From Acidobacteriota bacterium (GTDB lineage: Bacteria > Acidobacteriota > UBA6911 > RPQK01 > JADFOI01): a DNA stretch of 64,000 bases. The translations under genes and the position numbers were made by a program. The first letter of the stretch is position 1. Every line of letters begins with the position of its first letter. The notes under the pieces were generated by a model. That model was not told the DNA's origin. It made no database searches and was given only the letters and a program-made list of their open reading frames with translations. The stretch lies in NCBI GenBank assembly GCA_963663035.1, contig OY760074.1, positions 1,824,001 to 1,888,000 on the forward strand, in the 5' to 3' direction. Positions 1 through 9,508 of this stretch are shown here, in pieces.

Positions 1-2
1 CA

Positions 3-851
3 TCGGCCGCTGTTGAAGGAGCGGAAGCCTCCTTGATGGGGCTGTCTGCGGTCTCCGAGTGGTGGCCACGAGGCCAATGTTTGATGGACATCGAGTACGG
101 AGGAGCAACCAAGGGAGCCAGCATCAAGGCCAACTACTTCATGGAGTGGTACAACCAGGTTGCCCGGGACGGTCTGCGCTCCGGAAATGCTCACATGTCT
201 GGGAATGACTCCCACGCCCGCTTTATTTCCGAGCTGGAGCGTATCGACCGGGCCAATCCGGGAGCGGTCAAAGGCTGGGCCATGGACCATTGCACGCTGA
301 TCAATCCCGAGGACGTTCCACGGGCAGCCAAGCTGGGACTGATGTGGAGCTGCACTCCGTTGGGCGAAGGGGGCCGCGCCCCCATGATTGGGGCGGCTTT
401 CGGCGAGGAGGTGGCCCACACCTATGTAGCTCCGATTAAGCACATGCTTGACGCAGGCATCAACGTCTCCCTGGAAGGGGGTTGGTCGGCGATAGAAAGC
501 CTGATCACGCGCAAGGACGCGGACGGCAATGTGTGGGGGCCTGACGAAAGGGTGGACCGGGCAACCGCTCTGAGAGTTGCCACCCGCAACGGAGCCAATT
601 ATGTCCTTAAAGGTGACACCCTCGGCTCCATCGAAGCAGGCAAGTTGGCCGACCTGGTGGTCATCGACCGGGATTTCATGACGATGTCTGTGGAAGACAT
701 TTCTGAAATTCGAACGTTAGTGACCATGATAGGGGGCAAGTTCAAGTTCCTGCATTCCGACTTTGCCAACGAATACAACCTGAGACCGACCGGCGCGCTC
801 ATCAGCACATTGGAAGATTTGCAAAAGCGCCGCCCGTCGAGGGGCTTCTGA
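3..851 (+). CDS. Amidohydrolase family 3 (YtcJ/NfdA-like), C-terminal part; truncated by window start
   Basis: Frame is open back to the window edge; C-terminal GSIEAGKLADLVVIDRD motif; close paralogue of 18749..20620. Confidence 0.85.
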   Translation, partial: SAAVEGAEASLMGLSAVSEWWPRGQCLMDIEYGGATKGASIKANYFMEWYNQVARDGLRSGNAHMSGNDSHARFISELERIDRANPGAVKGWAMDHCTLINPEDVPRAAKLGLMWSCTPLGEGGRAPMIGAAFGEEVAHTYVAPIKHMLDAGINVSLEGGWSAIESLITRKDADGNVWGPDERVDRATALRVATRNGANYVLKGDTLGSIEAGKLADLVVIDRDFMTMSVEDISEIRTLVTMIGGKFKFLHSDFANEYNLRPTGALISTLEDLQKRRPSRGF

Positions 852-1429
852 TGAACAAAACTTCCCTTATTGGACTGAGCCTCTGGACAGCCATCGTCAG
901 CTTGGGCGGACCCTCCTTTACAGCCCATGCTGCCGCGCAGGAAGAGGGCAGGAAAGTCACCAGTTTGGATTTGGGCTATGACGCCAACATTCCGGGCCAT
1001 GAGGCCCTTTTGGCGCTGACTCTGGATGTGGCGGAGGGAGTTCAGGTGAAAACGGTCATCGGCGAGATCACCTTCCCCACTGCGCTGGTCTCATTTGAAG
1101 AGGTCCTGAGCGGGCTGTCGGCTCAGGCATCGGGTGCGGCAGTCAGCGCTGTTGTACAAGTGGATGATCAAAATCCGGAGAACTCTATTGTCACCGTGAC
1201 CGTGTCAACCGAAGGGGAACGGTCTATTCCCAGCGGTGTCATTGCCGATCTCGCTTTCATCATTTCCGAAGATGCTCCCCTTGAGGAGACGGTCACCTTG
1301 GGAACTGTGGCAAGAGCATTGACCACAGATGATCCGCCTGCCCCGGTCGATCCAATCTTAGGGATGGAAGGCGAGATCCTGGTCACTGAAACCCCTCCCG
1401 TCTTCGTTTGCTTCTTCTTCATGCACTGA
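851..1429 (+). CDS. Secreted cohesin-like beta-sandwich protein with C-terminal VCFFFMH tail
   Basis: Signal peptide ending AHA/AAQ; cohesin-like pattern (ITFPTALVSF...IPSGVIADLAFII); start overlaps the upstream stop (TGATG). Confidence 0.6.
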   Translation: MNKTSLIGLSLWTAIVSLGGPSFTAHAAAQEEGRKVTSLDLGYDANIPGHEALLALTLDVAEGVQVKTVIGEITFPTALVSFEEVLSGLSAQASGAAVSAVVQVDDQNPENSIVTVTVSTEGERSIPSGVIADLAFIISEDAPLEETVTLGTVARALTTDDPPAPVDPILGMEGEILVTETPPVFVCFFFMH

Positions 1430-1439
1430 TTTCTGCACT

Positions 1440-1588
1440 AGCCCGCATTCTGCATAGGTTCTCGTAGCGAAGTGGCGCAAGCGCCGCAATGACAAGGCGT
1501 GTGAGGGGTACCCGCTTGCGGGTCGCACAACGCCGTCAGGGCGGATGATGGCGCCACTGTAGCAGAGAAGTTATGCAGAGTGCGGGCT
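1440..1588. repeat. Dispersed hairpin/MITE-like element, copy 1 (149 bp)
   Basis: Terminal inverted arms AGCCCGCATTCTGCATA / TATGCAGAGTGCGGGCT; core GGGGTACCCGCTTGCGGGTCG shared with five other copies. Confidence 0.85.
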
Positions 1589-1637
1589 TACGCCTCAGCT
1601 CTCATTGTCAGACACCGGACGTATTCTGACTAGAGGC

Positions 1638-2849
1638 ATGGACTTTACAACAATTATACTGATCATATTGGGGATTCTGTCTGCTCAGGCGCTTTTCTTT
1701 CTGGTCCTGAAGACCAAACTCCGAGAGCTTTTCAATTTCCTGGCCAACGAAGCTCTGGTCCGGAATAACCAGAATTTTGTGGAGATGGCCAGGGCAACGC
1801 TGGAGAAGTTTCAGACTCAAGCACAGGGCGACCTGGCCCTGAAGCAGCAAGCCATACAGGAACTGGTGAACCCCCTGAAGCAAGCCCTCGAAAAACATGA
1901 AAGCCATGTCGTGGAACTGGAGAAAAAGCGCGAACAGGCCTATGGGGGATTGCGCCAGTACCTGGAAGACGTCGTCCAGACCCAGAGCCAACTGCGAAAG
2001 GAAACCGGCAATCTGGCCAAGGCCTTACACACTTCCCACGTGCGAGGGAAATGGGGTGAAATGAGCCTGAAACGGGTTGTCGAAATGGCCGGTCTCCTCG
2101 AGCACTGCGATTTTGAGACTCAGCAATCGATAACTGGGGAGGATTCTCGTCTGAGACCGGACCTGATTGTCTATCTGCCCAACCAGCGCAAGATCGTGAT
2201 TGATGCCAAGACTCCCCTGGATTCCTATCTGAAGGCCATCGAGACGGAAGAGAAGGAAAAGCGAAACCAGCTCATGGCCGATCATTCCCGCCAACTGGAG
2301 CGACACATTTCTTTACTGGGAAGCAAAGCCTATTGGGATCAAGTGGACGGGAGTCCCGAGTTTGTGGTGCTCTATATTCCCCTGGAAAGTCTCTTTAGTG
2401 CAGCTCTTCACCATAATCCGGACCTTCTGGAAAAGAGCACCCGGAAAAAGGTCATCCTGGCGACTCCCACCACCTTGATGGCTCTGCTCAAAGCGGTCGA
2501 GTACGGGTGGAAGCAGGAAAAAATGGCTCACAACGCTGAAGAGATTTCGGCCATGGGAAAGGAACTCTATGACCGGCTGTTCAAGCTTGCCGATCACTTT
2601 TCCAGGCTCGGAACCAGTCTGGATCGAGCGGTTCAGGCCTATAACGAAACCGCCGGTTCGTTTGAGCAGCGCGTTTTCGTGCAGGCCCGGCGCTTTAAAG
2701 AGCTGGGCGTCCCCGCCAAAGAGGATATTTCCGAAATCCCCTGGATCGATCAAACTCCCCGCCAACTTCAGCGGAGTGAGCTCCTGGAGAAAGTGGAGCT
2801 GGAAGAGTTGGAGCTGGAGCAGGTGGAGGATGAGGAGGTCCTGGCCTAA
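1638..2849 (+). CDS. rmuC: DNA recombination protein RmuC
   Basis: N-terminal TM, coiled coil, RGKWGE, LRPDLIVYLP, IVIDAKTPL and ILATPTTLMALL motifs. Confidence 0.93.
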   Translation: MDFTTIILIILGILSAQALFFLVLKTKLRELFNFLANEALVRNNQNFVEMARATLEKFQTQAQGDLALKQQAIQELVNPLKQALEKHESHVVELEKKREQAYGGLRQYLEDVVQTQSQLRKETGNLAKALHTSHVRGKWGEMSLKRVVEMAGLLEHCDFETQQSITGEDSRLRPDLIVYLPNQRKIVIDAKTPLDSYLKAIETEEKEKRNQLMADHSRQLERHISLLGSKAYWDQVDGSPEFVVLYIPLESLFSAALHHNPDLLEKSTRKKVILATPTTLMALLKAVEYGWKQEKMAHNAEEISAMGKELYDRLFKLADHFSRLGTSLDRAVQAYNETAGSFEQRVFVQARRFKELGVPAKEDISEIPWIDQTPRQLQRSELLEKVELEELELEQVEDEEVLA

Positions 2850-2853
2850 AGAA

Positions 2854-2880
2854 GGAGACAGGAGTCAGGAGTCAGAAGCT
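2854..2880. repeat. Heptamer tandem tract (GGAGACA/GGAGTCA)
   Basis: ggagaca-ggagtca-ggagtca-gaagct immediately after the rmuC stop. Confidence 0.6.
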
Positions 2881-2934
2881 GAAATGAGTGAGAGTCACTA
2901 TTTCCTTAAAGTCCTGGTGCGTGTTTAAGGAGTT

Positions 2935-3009
2935 GGCCCGAGGGCTAAAGCCCACGGCTCTGACTGTCCCTCATAAGCTCCATCAGAGCCGCAGGCTAGC
3001 CTGCGGGCC
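2935..3009. repeat. Inverted pair of REP-like palindromes (AGAGCCG-GGGCT(TT)AGCC type)
   Basis: GGCCCGAGGGCTAAAGCCCACGGCTCTG...CAGAGCCGCAGGCTAGCCTGCGGGCC between convergent rmuC and xerD; same motif at 57885-57934. Confidence 0.7.
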
Positions 3010-3059
3010 TGGAACCTGACCGCTGACAACGGACCAACTTCCCCTCTCTTTCTCTCTCT

Positions 3060-3947
3060 TTACGCGCGCGGATGGTGCCGATCGTAGATCCGTTTGAGCC
3101 ACTCACGGTTCACGTGGGTGTAGATTTGGGTGGTGGAGATATCAGCATGACCCAGCATCATCTGAACGGCTCGCAAATCAGCACCATGTTCCAACAGGTG
3201 GGTGGCAAAGCTGTGCCTTAGCACGTGGGGGCTGATTTTCTTCTCAATGCCAATTTTCCTCCCGTATTTCCTCACCAACATCCAGAAGTATTGACGCGTC
3301 ATCGATTGCCCCTGCTGGGTCACGAACAAAAAGGGGCTGGCCTGACGCTTGCGTAAAAAATGCTGCCTGGACTCTCTCAAGTATCGTTGAACCCATCTCA
3401 AGGCCGAATCACCCAACGGAACAATGCGTTCCTTGGATCCTTTACCGAGTGTCCTCAGGCAGCCAACTTCAAAGTTGATCTCCTCCAACCGCAGTCCGAT
3501 CAGTTCGCTCACTCGTAAACCGGTCGCATAGAGCACTTCCAACATAGCCCGGTCACGCAGGCCGTAGGCCGTGGTCACGTCGGGCTGCTCGAGAAGCTGC
3601 TCGACCTCTTCCTCACTGAGATAGGTGGGTAGGGTCCGCCAGGTCTTTGGAGACTCCAGTGTTTCGGCCGGATCTTCCTTAAGATAGCCATCCAGGAGGA
3701 GAAAGCGGAAAAAAGAACGCAGGCTGGCTATCTTCCGCATCACGGAGCGAGCGGACATTCTTCCGGAAAGATGCTGGATGTAGTCGGCTAGTCCTTGCTT
3801 ACCGACATCTTTCAGCGGCCAGTTCCGGGAACTGACAAAGGAGAGAAATTCGCCAAGATCCCTTCGGTAGGCCTCGATTGTGTTGGAGGCCAGCCCTCTT
3901 TCCACCTGGAGATGATTCAGATAATTTCGAAAGGCTCGTTCCTGCAT
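3060..3947 (-). CDS. xerD: Site-specific tyrosine recombinase XerD
   Basis: RDRAMLEVLYATGLRVSEL, GKGSKERIVP, SPHVLRHSFATHLL, LGHADISTTQIYTHV. Confidence 0.95.
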   Translation of the reverse strand: MQERAFRNYLNHLQVERGLASNTIEAYRRDLGEFLSFVSSRNWPLKDVGKQGLADYIQHLSGRMSARSVMRKIASLRSFFRFLLLDGYLKEDPAETLESPKTWRTLPTYLSEEEVEQLLEQPDVTTAYGLRDRAMLEVLYATGLRVSELIGLRLEEINFEVGCLRTLGKGSKERIVPLGDSALRWVQRYLRESRQHFLRKRQASPFLFVTQQGQSMTRQYFWMLVRKYGRKIGIEKKISPHVLRHSFATHLLEHGADLRAVQMMLGHADISTTQIYTHVNREWLKRIYDRHHPRA

Positions 3948-3958
3948 AAGTGCCGCAT

Positions 3959-5545
3959 CTACGACTTCAGGCGACGGAAGAGATGTCGAATTTCCTCAAT
4001 GCGCAAGAGTTGGCAGAGTCCAAAATACACTGCCATTCCCACCAGGATACAGCTGGTCAAGGACAGTAATTCCTGGCTGAAACTCATCTCTCCCCAGCGC
4101 TCCTGGAAGAACCGGTTGAGAAGGTAGACAATCACTCCCATCACGCCTGCGGCAGCCACCGTTTTCAGGAAAGTGGGGATGACCCGGTAGGCTTGAAGCG
4201 ATCCCAGCCTCCGCTGGAAGCTCTTTGCCAACAAGATGCTGCTCACGGTGACGGACAAGGCCGTTCCAAAAGCCAATCCCACGTAGCGGTACTCCTGGGG
4301 AAGAATGAGAAAAACCAGAATGAGATTAATGGACAGGTTGCTGGCCGCCGCCATGAGACTGATTCGAAGCGGGGTACGGGTATCGTCCAGGGCATAGAAG
4401 GTCGGCACATAGACCTTGATGCAGCTGTAAGCGAACAGCCCAAATGAGTAGAAAATCACGGCATAGGCCGTATAGAGCGTGTCAGCTGGCCTGAACCCTC
4501 CTCTCTCGAAAAGCACACGGACAATCGGGACTGCCAGGACCATCAATCCGACCGAGGAGGGGATGGCCAGAATCGAAATGAGTTTAATCGAATTGGCCAC
4601 CGTCTCTTTCAAGTCCTCCCACTTCCCCTGAGTGGCAGAGAGTGAGACTTCTCGAAGATTGACCACACCCACCGCCACTCCGAACAGACCGATGGGCAAA
4701 TAGATGATCCGAAATGCATAGCTCAACCAGGAAACCGGACCATTTTCCTGAAGAAAGGAAGCAATCTGGGTGTTGACCAGGACGTTGATTTGAACCGCAC
4801 CCACCCCCACAAAGGCAGGCGCGATCAACCGAGCGATCTTGCGCACGCCCTCATGGGCCAGGTCAATGCGAAATTGGAAACGATAGCCGTGTCTGCGCAT
4901 GAGGGGCAGCTGGATGCCGTATTGAAGCACACCGCCCAAGAGCGCCCCCACGCCCATGGCATGAATCGGCAAGATGCCCCACTGCTCAAACTGGGGCGCC
5001 AGAAAGATTCCTGCCAAAATCACAGCTACGTTGAAAAACGCAGGAGCCAATGCCGGGATAAAAAAGTGATTGAGAGTGTTGAGGATAGCCATGCCCACGG
5101 AAGCCATGGCCACCAGCATCAAAAAGGGGGACAGAATCTTCAGAAGATCGGCAGTAATCTCTATCTTTCCCGGAACATCAGCAAAGCCGGCTGCCAGCAG
5201 GTACACAAACGGTTTGGAGAAAATCGATAGAGCAAGCGTGAAACCTCCCAAGAGGACCAGAAGTCCGCTCAAGACCAGGTTGGCTAACACCCAGGCTTCC
5301 GGTCGGCCTTTCTTGTGCAGAAACTCGGTAAAAGTGGGAACAACGGCAGCGCTGAGAGCCCCTTCGGCAAAGAGATCCCTCAAAAGATTGGGGATGCGGA
5401 AGGCCACCAGCCAGGCATCGTTGTAGAGTCCGGCCCCGAAGAGCTTGGCAAAGACCTGATCACGCACCAACCCCAGGATCCGACTGAGGAAAACCGCTAA
5501 GCTAACCTTCCCAGCAGCGCGAGCAGATCGAGCAGCTTGAGCCAT
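3959..5545 (-). CDS. murJ: Lipid II flippase MurJ
   Basis: SRILGLVRD, AFRIPNLLRDLFAEGA, FYALDDTRTP; multiple TM helices. Confidence 0.95.
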   Translation of the reverse strand: MAQAARSARAAGKVSLAVFLSRILGLVRDQVFAKLFGAGLYNDAWLVAFRIPNLLRDLFAEGALSAAVVPTFTEFLHKKGRPEAWVLANLVLSGLLVLLGGFTLALSIFSKPFVYLLAAGFADVPGKIEITADLLKILSPFLMLVAMASVGMAILNTLNHFFIPALAPAFFNVAVILAGIFLAPQFEQWGILPIHAMGVGALLGGVLQYGIQLPLMRRHGYRFQFRIDLAHEGVRKIARLIAPAFVGVGAVQINVLVNTQIASFLQENGPVSWLSYAFRIIYLPIGLFGVAVGVVNLREVSLSATQGKWEDLKETVANSIKLISILAIPSSVGLMVLAVPIVRVLFERGGFRPADTLYTAYAVIFYSFGLFAYSCIKVYVPTFYALDDTRTPLRISLMAAASNLSINLILVFLILPQEYRYVGLAFGTALSVTVSSILLAKSFQRRLGSLQAYRVIPTFLKTVAAAGVMGVIVYLLNRFFQERWGEMSFSQELLSLTSCILVGMAVYFGLCQLLRIEEIRHLFRRLKS

Positions 5546-5650
5546 GTTTTTGTGGAGGAAATCGTAATTCTGTTCCCGGCATTTCCCAACCCCTCCCGTG
5601 TCACGTTATCATTCTGACCTGAAATATTTCCGACAGGAGTCAAAAGAGGC

Positions 5651-6700
5651 ATGAAATTAGGAGAGATTGCCAAAAAACTGGGCTGTCAGCTGCGAGGCTC
5701 CCAAGAGGTTGAGATCAACGGAGTTGCCGGAATTGAAGAGGCAAAAAAGGACGATCTGACATTTGTTTCCAATCCCAAGTACTTACCCCAGATTCAATCG
5801 ACTGGGGCGGGGGCCATCATTCTCTCCGCTGACGCGCCTGCCACTTCTCTTCCCACCTTGATCTCAGAGAATCCTTATCTCACCTTCGCCCGCGCCATTG
5901 AGTTGTTTTACCAGCCTCCCGAACCCGTGGAAGGAATTCATCCCACCGCCAGCATTGCCGAGAGCGCGATCATGGGCGAGAGCTATTCGATTGGAGCAAA
6001 CGTGGTGATCGGAGAAGGAGCTCGACTGGGCAAGAATGCCGTTCTCTATCCGAATGTCACCATTTATCCCCATGCCGAAATCGGGGATGACCTGGTCGCC
6101 CATGCCAACTCCGTTGTTCGCGAGCACTGTAGAGTCGGAAACCGGGTGATTCTTCAGAACGGAGCTGTAGTGGGAGCAGACGGCTTCGGGTTTGCGCCTC
6201 AAAAGGACGGCAGTTACTACAAGATTGCTCAATCAGGCATCGCCGTTTTGGAAGATGACGTCGAGGTGGGTGCCAACTCCTGTATCGACCGTGCAACTGT
6301 GGGCGAGACACGAATCGAGCAGGGGACCAAGATAGACAATCTGGTGCAGGTGGGACACGGTTCACGAGTCGGGCAACACACCATTCTGGCGGGCCAGGTC
6401 GGTCTGGCTGGAAGCACTCGGGTGGGGAGCCATGTCCTGTTAGCCGGCCAGGTGGGAACTGCGGGACACATCTCCATCGGAGATCGCGTCCAGGCCACTG
6501 CACAAACCGGCGTAGCCCGATCGGTGGAGGCTGGAAGAACCATTTCCGGCACTCCGGAAATGGATACGGCCTTGTGGAAGCGAACCTACCTGCTGCTGCA
6601 AAAGCTGCCCGAGCTGGTCCGGACCATCAACCGGCTCAAGAAGGACGTCGAAGAACTCCGGAAAAAGCTGACCGCTGACCGCAAAACCACTGACAACTGA
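5651..6700 (+). CDS. lpxD: UDP-3-O-(3-hydroxyacyl)glucosamine N-acyltransferase
   Basis: Hexapeptide repeats, GADGFGF, TKIDNLVQVGH. Confidence 0.95.
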   Translation: MKLGEIAKKLGCQLRGSQEVEINGVAGIEEAKKDDLTFVSNPKYLPQIQSTGAGAIILSADAPATSLPTLISENPYLTFARAIELFYQPPEPVEGIHPTASIAESAIMGESYSIGANVVIGEGARLGKNAVLYPNVTIYPHAEIGDDLVAHANSVVREHCRVGNRVILQNGAVVGADGFGFAPQKDGSYYKIAQSGIAVLEDDVEVGANSCIDRATVGETRIEQGTKIDNLVQVGHGSRVGQHTILAGQVGLAGSTRVGSHVLLAGQVGTAGHISIGDRVQATAQTGVARSVEAGRTISGTPEMDTALWKRTYLLLQKLPELVRTINRLKKDVEELRKKLTADRKTTDN

Positions 6701-6750
6701 CAACTGACAACTGACGGAAACCCTGACACCTGACAGCTGACAACTGACAA
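6668..6750. repeat. Heptamer tandem tract (CTGACAA/CTGACCG)
   Basis: About ten imperfect CTGACNN units spanning the lpxD 3' end and the intergenic gap. Confidence 0.75.
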
Positions 6751-6772
6751 AAAACAACAGAGAAGAGAGGGT

Positions 6773-8553
6773 CTATTCGGTGTGCCAGCGTGCCCTGACG
6801 ATCAGCGAGACGCTGTTGGAGACTCCACCTGTAGGAGGCGGAGTAAAAACCGTGATGGAAAGGGTTCGATCTCCAAAGATACCCACATACTGATCCGGAC
6901 CAGGGGAACGATAACGGTCTGGTAAAGCTCGCTCCACCATACTTGCCGGGATTGTGGCCTTGAGTTTCCGAGGACTCTCAAATGTTGTGGCCAGGGAAAT
7001 TCCTTCTAACTGCACAACTGACGTCCCCACAAAACCAGCTCCTTCGATCACCAGCTCGAAACTCCCGCTGCCCTCAACTGTCGAGTGGGGAGAAATTGCA
7101 CTGATCTTCGGCAGCGGGGTGGACATGGAGATGGAGACGGGCCTTGTGAACGTGGAAAACTCAGGATGGTATCCAAACTCCAGGAACTTCCCCCCTTTCA
7201 TCACCCGTTCAATCCTCTTGGTGTTGGCGATGTTATCCAAAGGGTTCGCCTCCAGCACCAGCAGATCGGCGAAGTTTCCCTCCTGGATCGAGCCGACCTT
7301 TTGGTTTCCTCGGGCTCCCTGGAAGCCAGCGAACATGTCCGCCGCCCAGGAAGTGGAGGCCTGAAGAGCCTGCAGGGGCGTTAAACCCGCCTCCACCAAA
7401 AGCTCCATCTCGTGATGCATGGCAAGTCCCGGGATGGCCACGCTGGAGGCGTCCGTGCCGGCAATGACCTTACCCCCAAGTTGAACATAGCGCTGGACAA
7501 ATCGCTGTACGTGTGCCGAGCACCCTGGAAAGTCTCCAGATCCCCCGCTGACAACTGAGCCACAAGCGGCAGGTGTTCGTAACGAGAGGAATAACCCTTG
7601 ATCTGCCGGTGGCGGTGCAGCAGCATTTCGGCAAGATTCTGGGGGAAGTAGGAAAGATCCGGGTTGCTCAACAAAAGGTAGCCTTCCTGCTCGCGCTGGA
7701 GGGCATTTGGGCTCAAGGAACCCCATTCGTAAACCAGGGTCGGATTCAGATAAACACCTCGAGCCACGGCCTTCCGGATCATCTCATCCAGCCGGTTTCC
7801 CGGTGTCAAGTAGCTGGCCCAGTGTAAGAATCTGCCCTGCTTGAAGTCCTCCAGTTCCTGTGGGGTCATCAAAGGAAAAGCAAAACCCCAAACATGTTCT
7901 GCCACGTCCAGTCCTGCCTCAATGGCCTGAGAAGCATCCTGGGTATGACTAAAGACCGCCAATCCTGCCCGATGGGCATCCTCCGCCCCCCACCCAAAGA
8001 CTTCCCGGTTATTCTCTATAAACTGTAGAAACCAGGCCACGTCCGGCTCTTTTTTCAAATACTCCTCAATGGTCTGCCCGACCTCTTCTCTGGTCATGGA
8101 AGGGGACAGGCCCGGGTGCCCCGCGGTGTGAAAGACGCGGGGAGTGCTCATGCTGGTTTGAGAGACAAGTCGTTCCTCCTGAGAGACATCCGCTTGAGCC
8201 AGGAGGGAGGTCACGCCGTGATTCATGTAGAGCTCGCCCATCCACTTGCTCCAGTGGACATGGGAGTCAATGAGGCCGGGAATAATAAACTTCCCTCTCA
8301 GGTCCAGGACGGTGACTCCAGCAGGGTAAGCGGAGTCTCCTCCAGAAAGAATGGATGTGATCTCATCTCCTTCAATGACCAGGACGGCATCGGAAAGAGG
8401 AGGATTGCCAAGCCCGTCAATAACCGTGGCTCCCCGGAGAACGATGACACTGCCTGCTGGGCGCTGAGGGTGAGCAATACCAGCGTGAAAGGTACTGATC
8501 AGCAAAGAAGTCAGTAGAAAAGGCAGGACTTTTGGTCTCCTGGATACCTTCAT
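6773..8553 (-). pseudogene. Secreted amidohydrolase with C-terminal IPT/TIG-like domain, split by a frameshift near 7515 (pseudogene or assembly error)
   Basis: N-half (PGLIDSHVH) in ORF 7381..8592 and C-half (IAGTDA, GSIQEGNFADLLVL, Ig-like tail) in ORF 6773..7726; one added base at CGG^CAC joins them. Confidence 0.8.
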
Positions 8554-8682
8554 GACAGATCCTCCTGGGTCAGAAAATACACCAAAGCACAAAAGCAGGA
8601 AAGCACTAAGAAGGTTTGGGAGAGTTCCCCTCCCTGGACAGTCACTTCGCTACCGGATTAAAATGGCAGAGCGAGTCCAACA

Positions 8683-9375
8683 ATGTTCTTTTTTGATCCC
8701 ACCTACCTGTTTTTCATGGCCCCCGCGCTGGCCCTGTCCTTGTGGGCCAGCTGGAGGGTAAAGAGCAGCTTCCGGAAGTACTCCAGGGTCCCATCCTCAC
8801 GGGGGCTCAGTGGGGCTGAGGCGGCAACCGAACTGCTGCGGAGGGCGGGTATCGAAGACGTCAAGATTGTGAGAACTCCTGGCAAGCTCTCCGATCATTA
8901 CAATCCCATCACCAAGACCCTGGCTCTCTCTGAGAACGTCCACGACTCAGCTTCCATTGCAGCTCTTGGCGTGGCCACCCACGAGGCCGGCCATGCCATT
9001 CAGCACGCCCAGCACTATGCACCACTTTGGGTCCGCTCCCTGCTGGTCCCGACGGCCAATATCGGTTCCAGTATCGGCTACATCGTCATGTTCCTGGGCT
9101 TGATCATGAGCTCGACCAATATGGTCCTGGTTGGGGCCGTGCTTTTCTCAGCAGTGCTTCTTTTCCAGGTCGTCACGCTGCCTGTGGAGTTCAACGCTTC
9201 GAGGCGCGCCAAGGCCCTGATCGTCGAACATGGAATCATCACGCGGCAGGAGCGGGTTGGAGTGGATCGCGTCCTCAACGCCGCCGCTCTCACCTACGTT
9301 GCAGCTGCCATCAGCACATTGCTCACCTTACTTTATTTTCTGATGCGCTCCGGGCTTCTGGGCGGGCGCAGATAG
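8683..9375 (+). CDS. Membrane zinc metallopeptidase (YugP / Zn_peptidase_2 family)
   Basis: LSDHYNP, HEAGHAIQH, TLPVEFNASRRA, AAALTYVAAA. Confidence 0.9.
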   Translation: MFFFDPTYLFFMAPALALSLWASWRVKSSFRKYSRVPSSRGLSGAEAATELLRRAGIEDVKIVRTPGKLSDHYNPITKTLALSENVHDSASIAALGVATHEAGHAIQHAQHYAPLWVRSLLVPTANIGSSIGYIVMFLGLIMSSTNMVLVGAVLFSAVLLFQVVTLPVEFNASRRAKALIVEHGIITRQERVGVDRVLNAAALTYVAAAISTLLTLLYFLMRSGLLGGRR

Positions 9376-9508
9376 GGTCACTCCAGATCCTCGCCCCAGA
9401 TCCGTTTTTTCCACCTTAGAACATTGACGCATCCTTTGGGATGGGTTAAAAGGACTGTCAAGATACCGACCGGTGGAGTTGGCAGGACAATTAATTGAGG
9501 AGGATAGC

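Noticed and set aside
2780-2849. Acidic low-complexity tail of RmuC (ELEELELEQVEDEE)
   Set aside because: Variable C-terminal extension with no sign of a distinct function
3060-3947. Tyrosine recombinase as a prophage or island integrase
   Set aside because: Motifs and length match housekeeping XerD; it sits next to murJ with no att site, tRNA or phage genes
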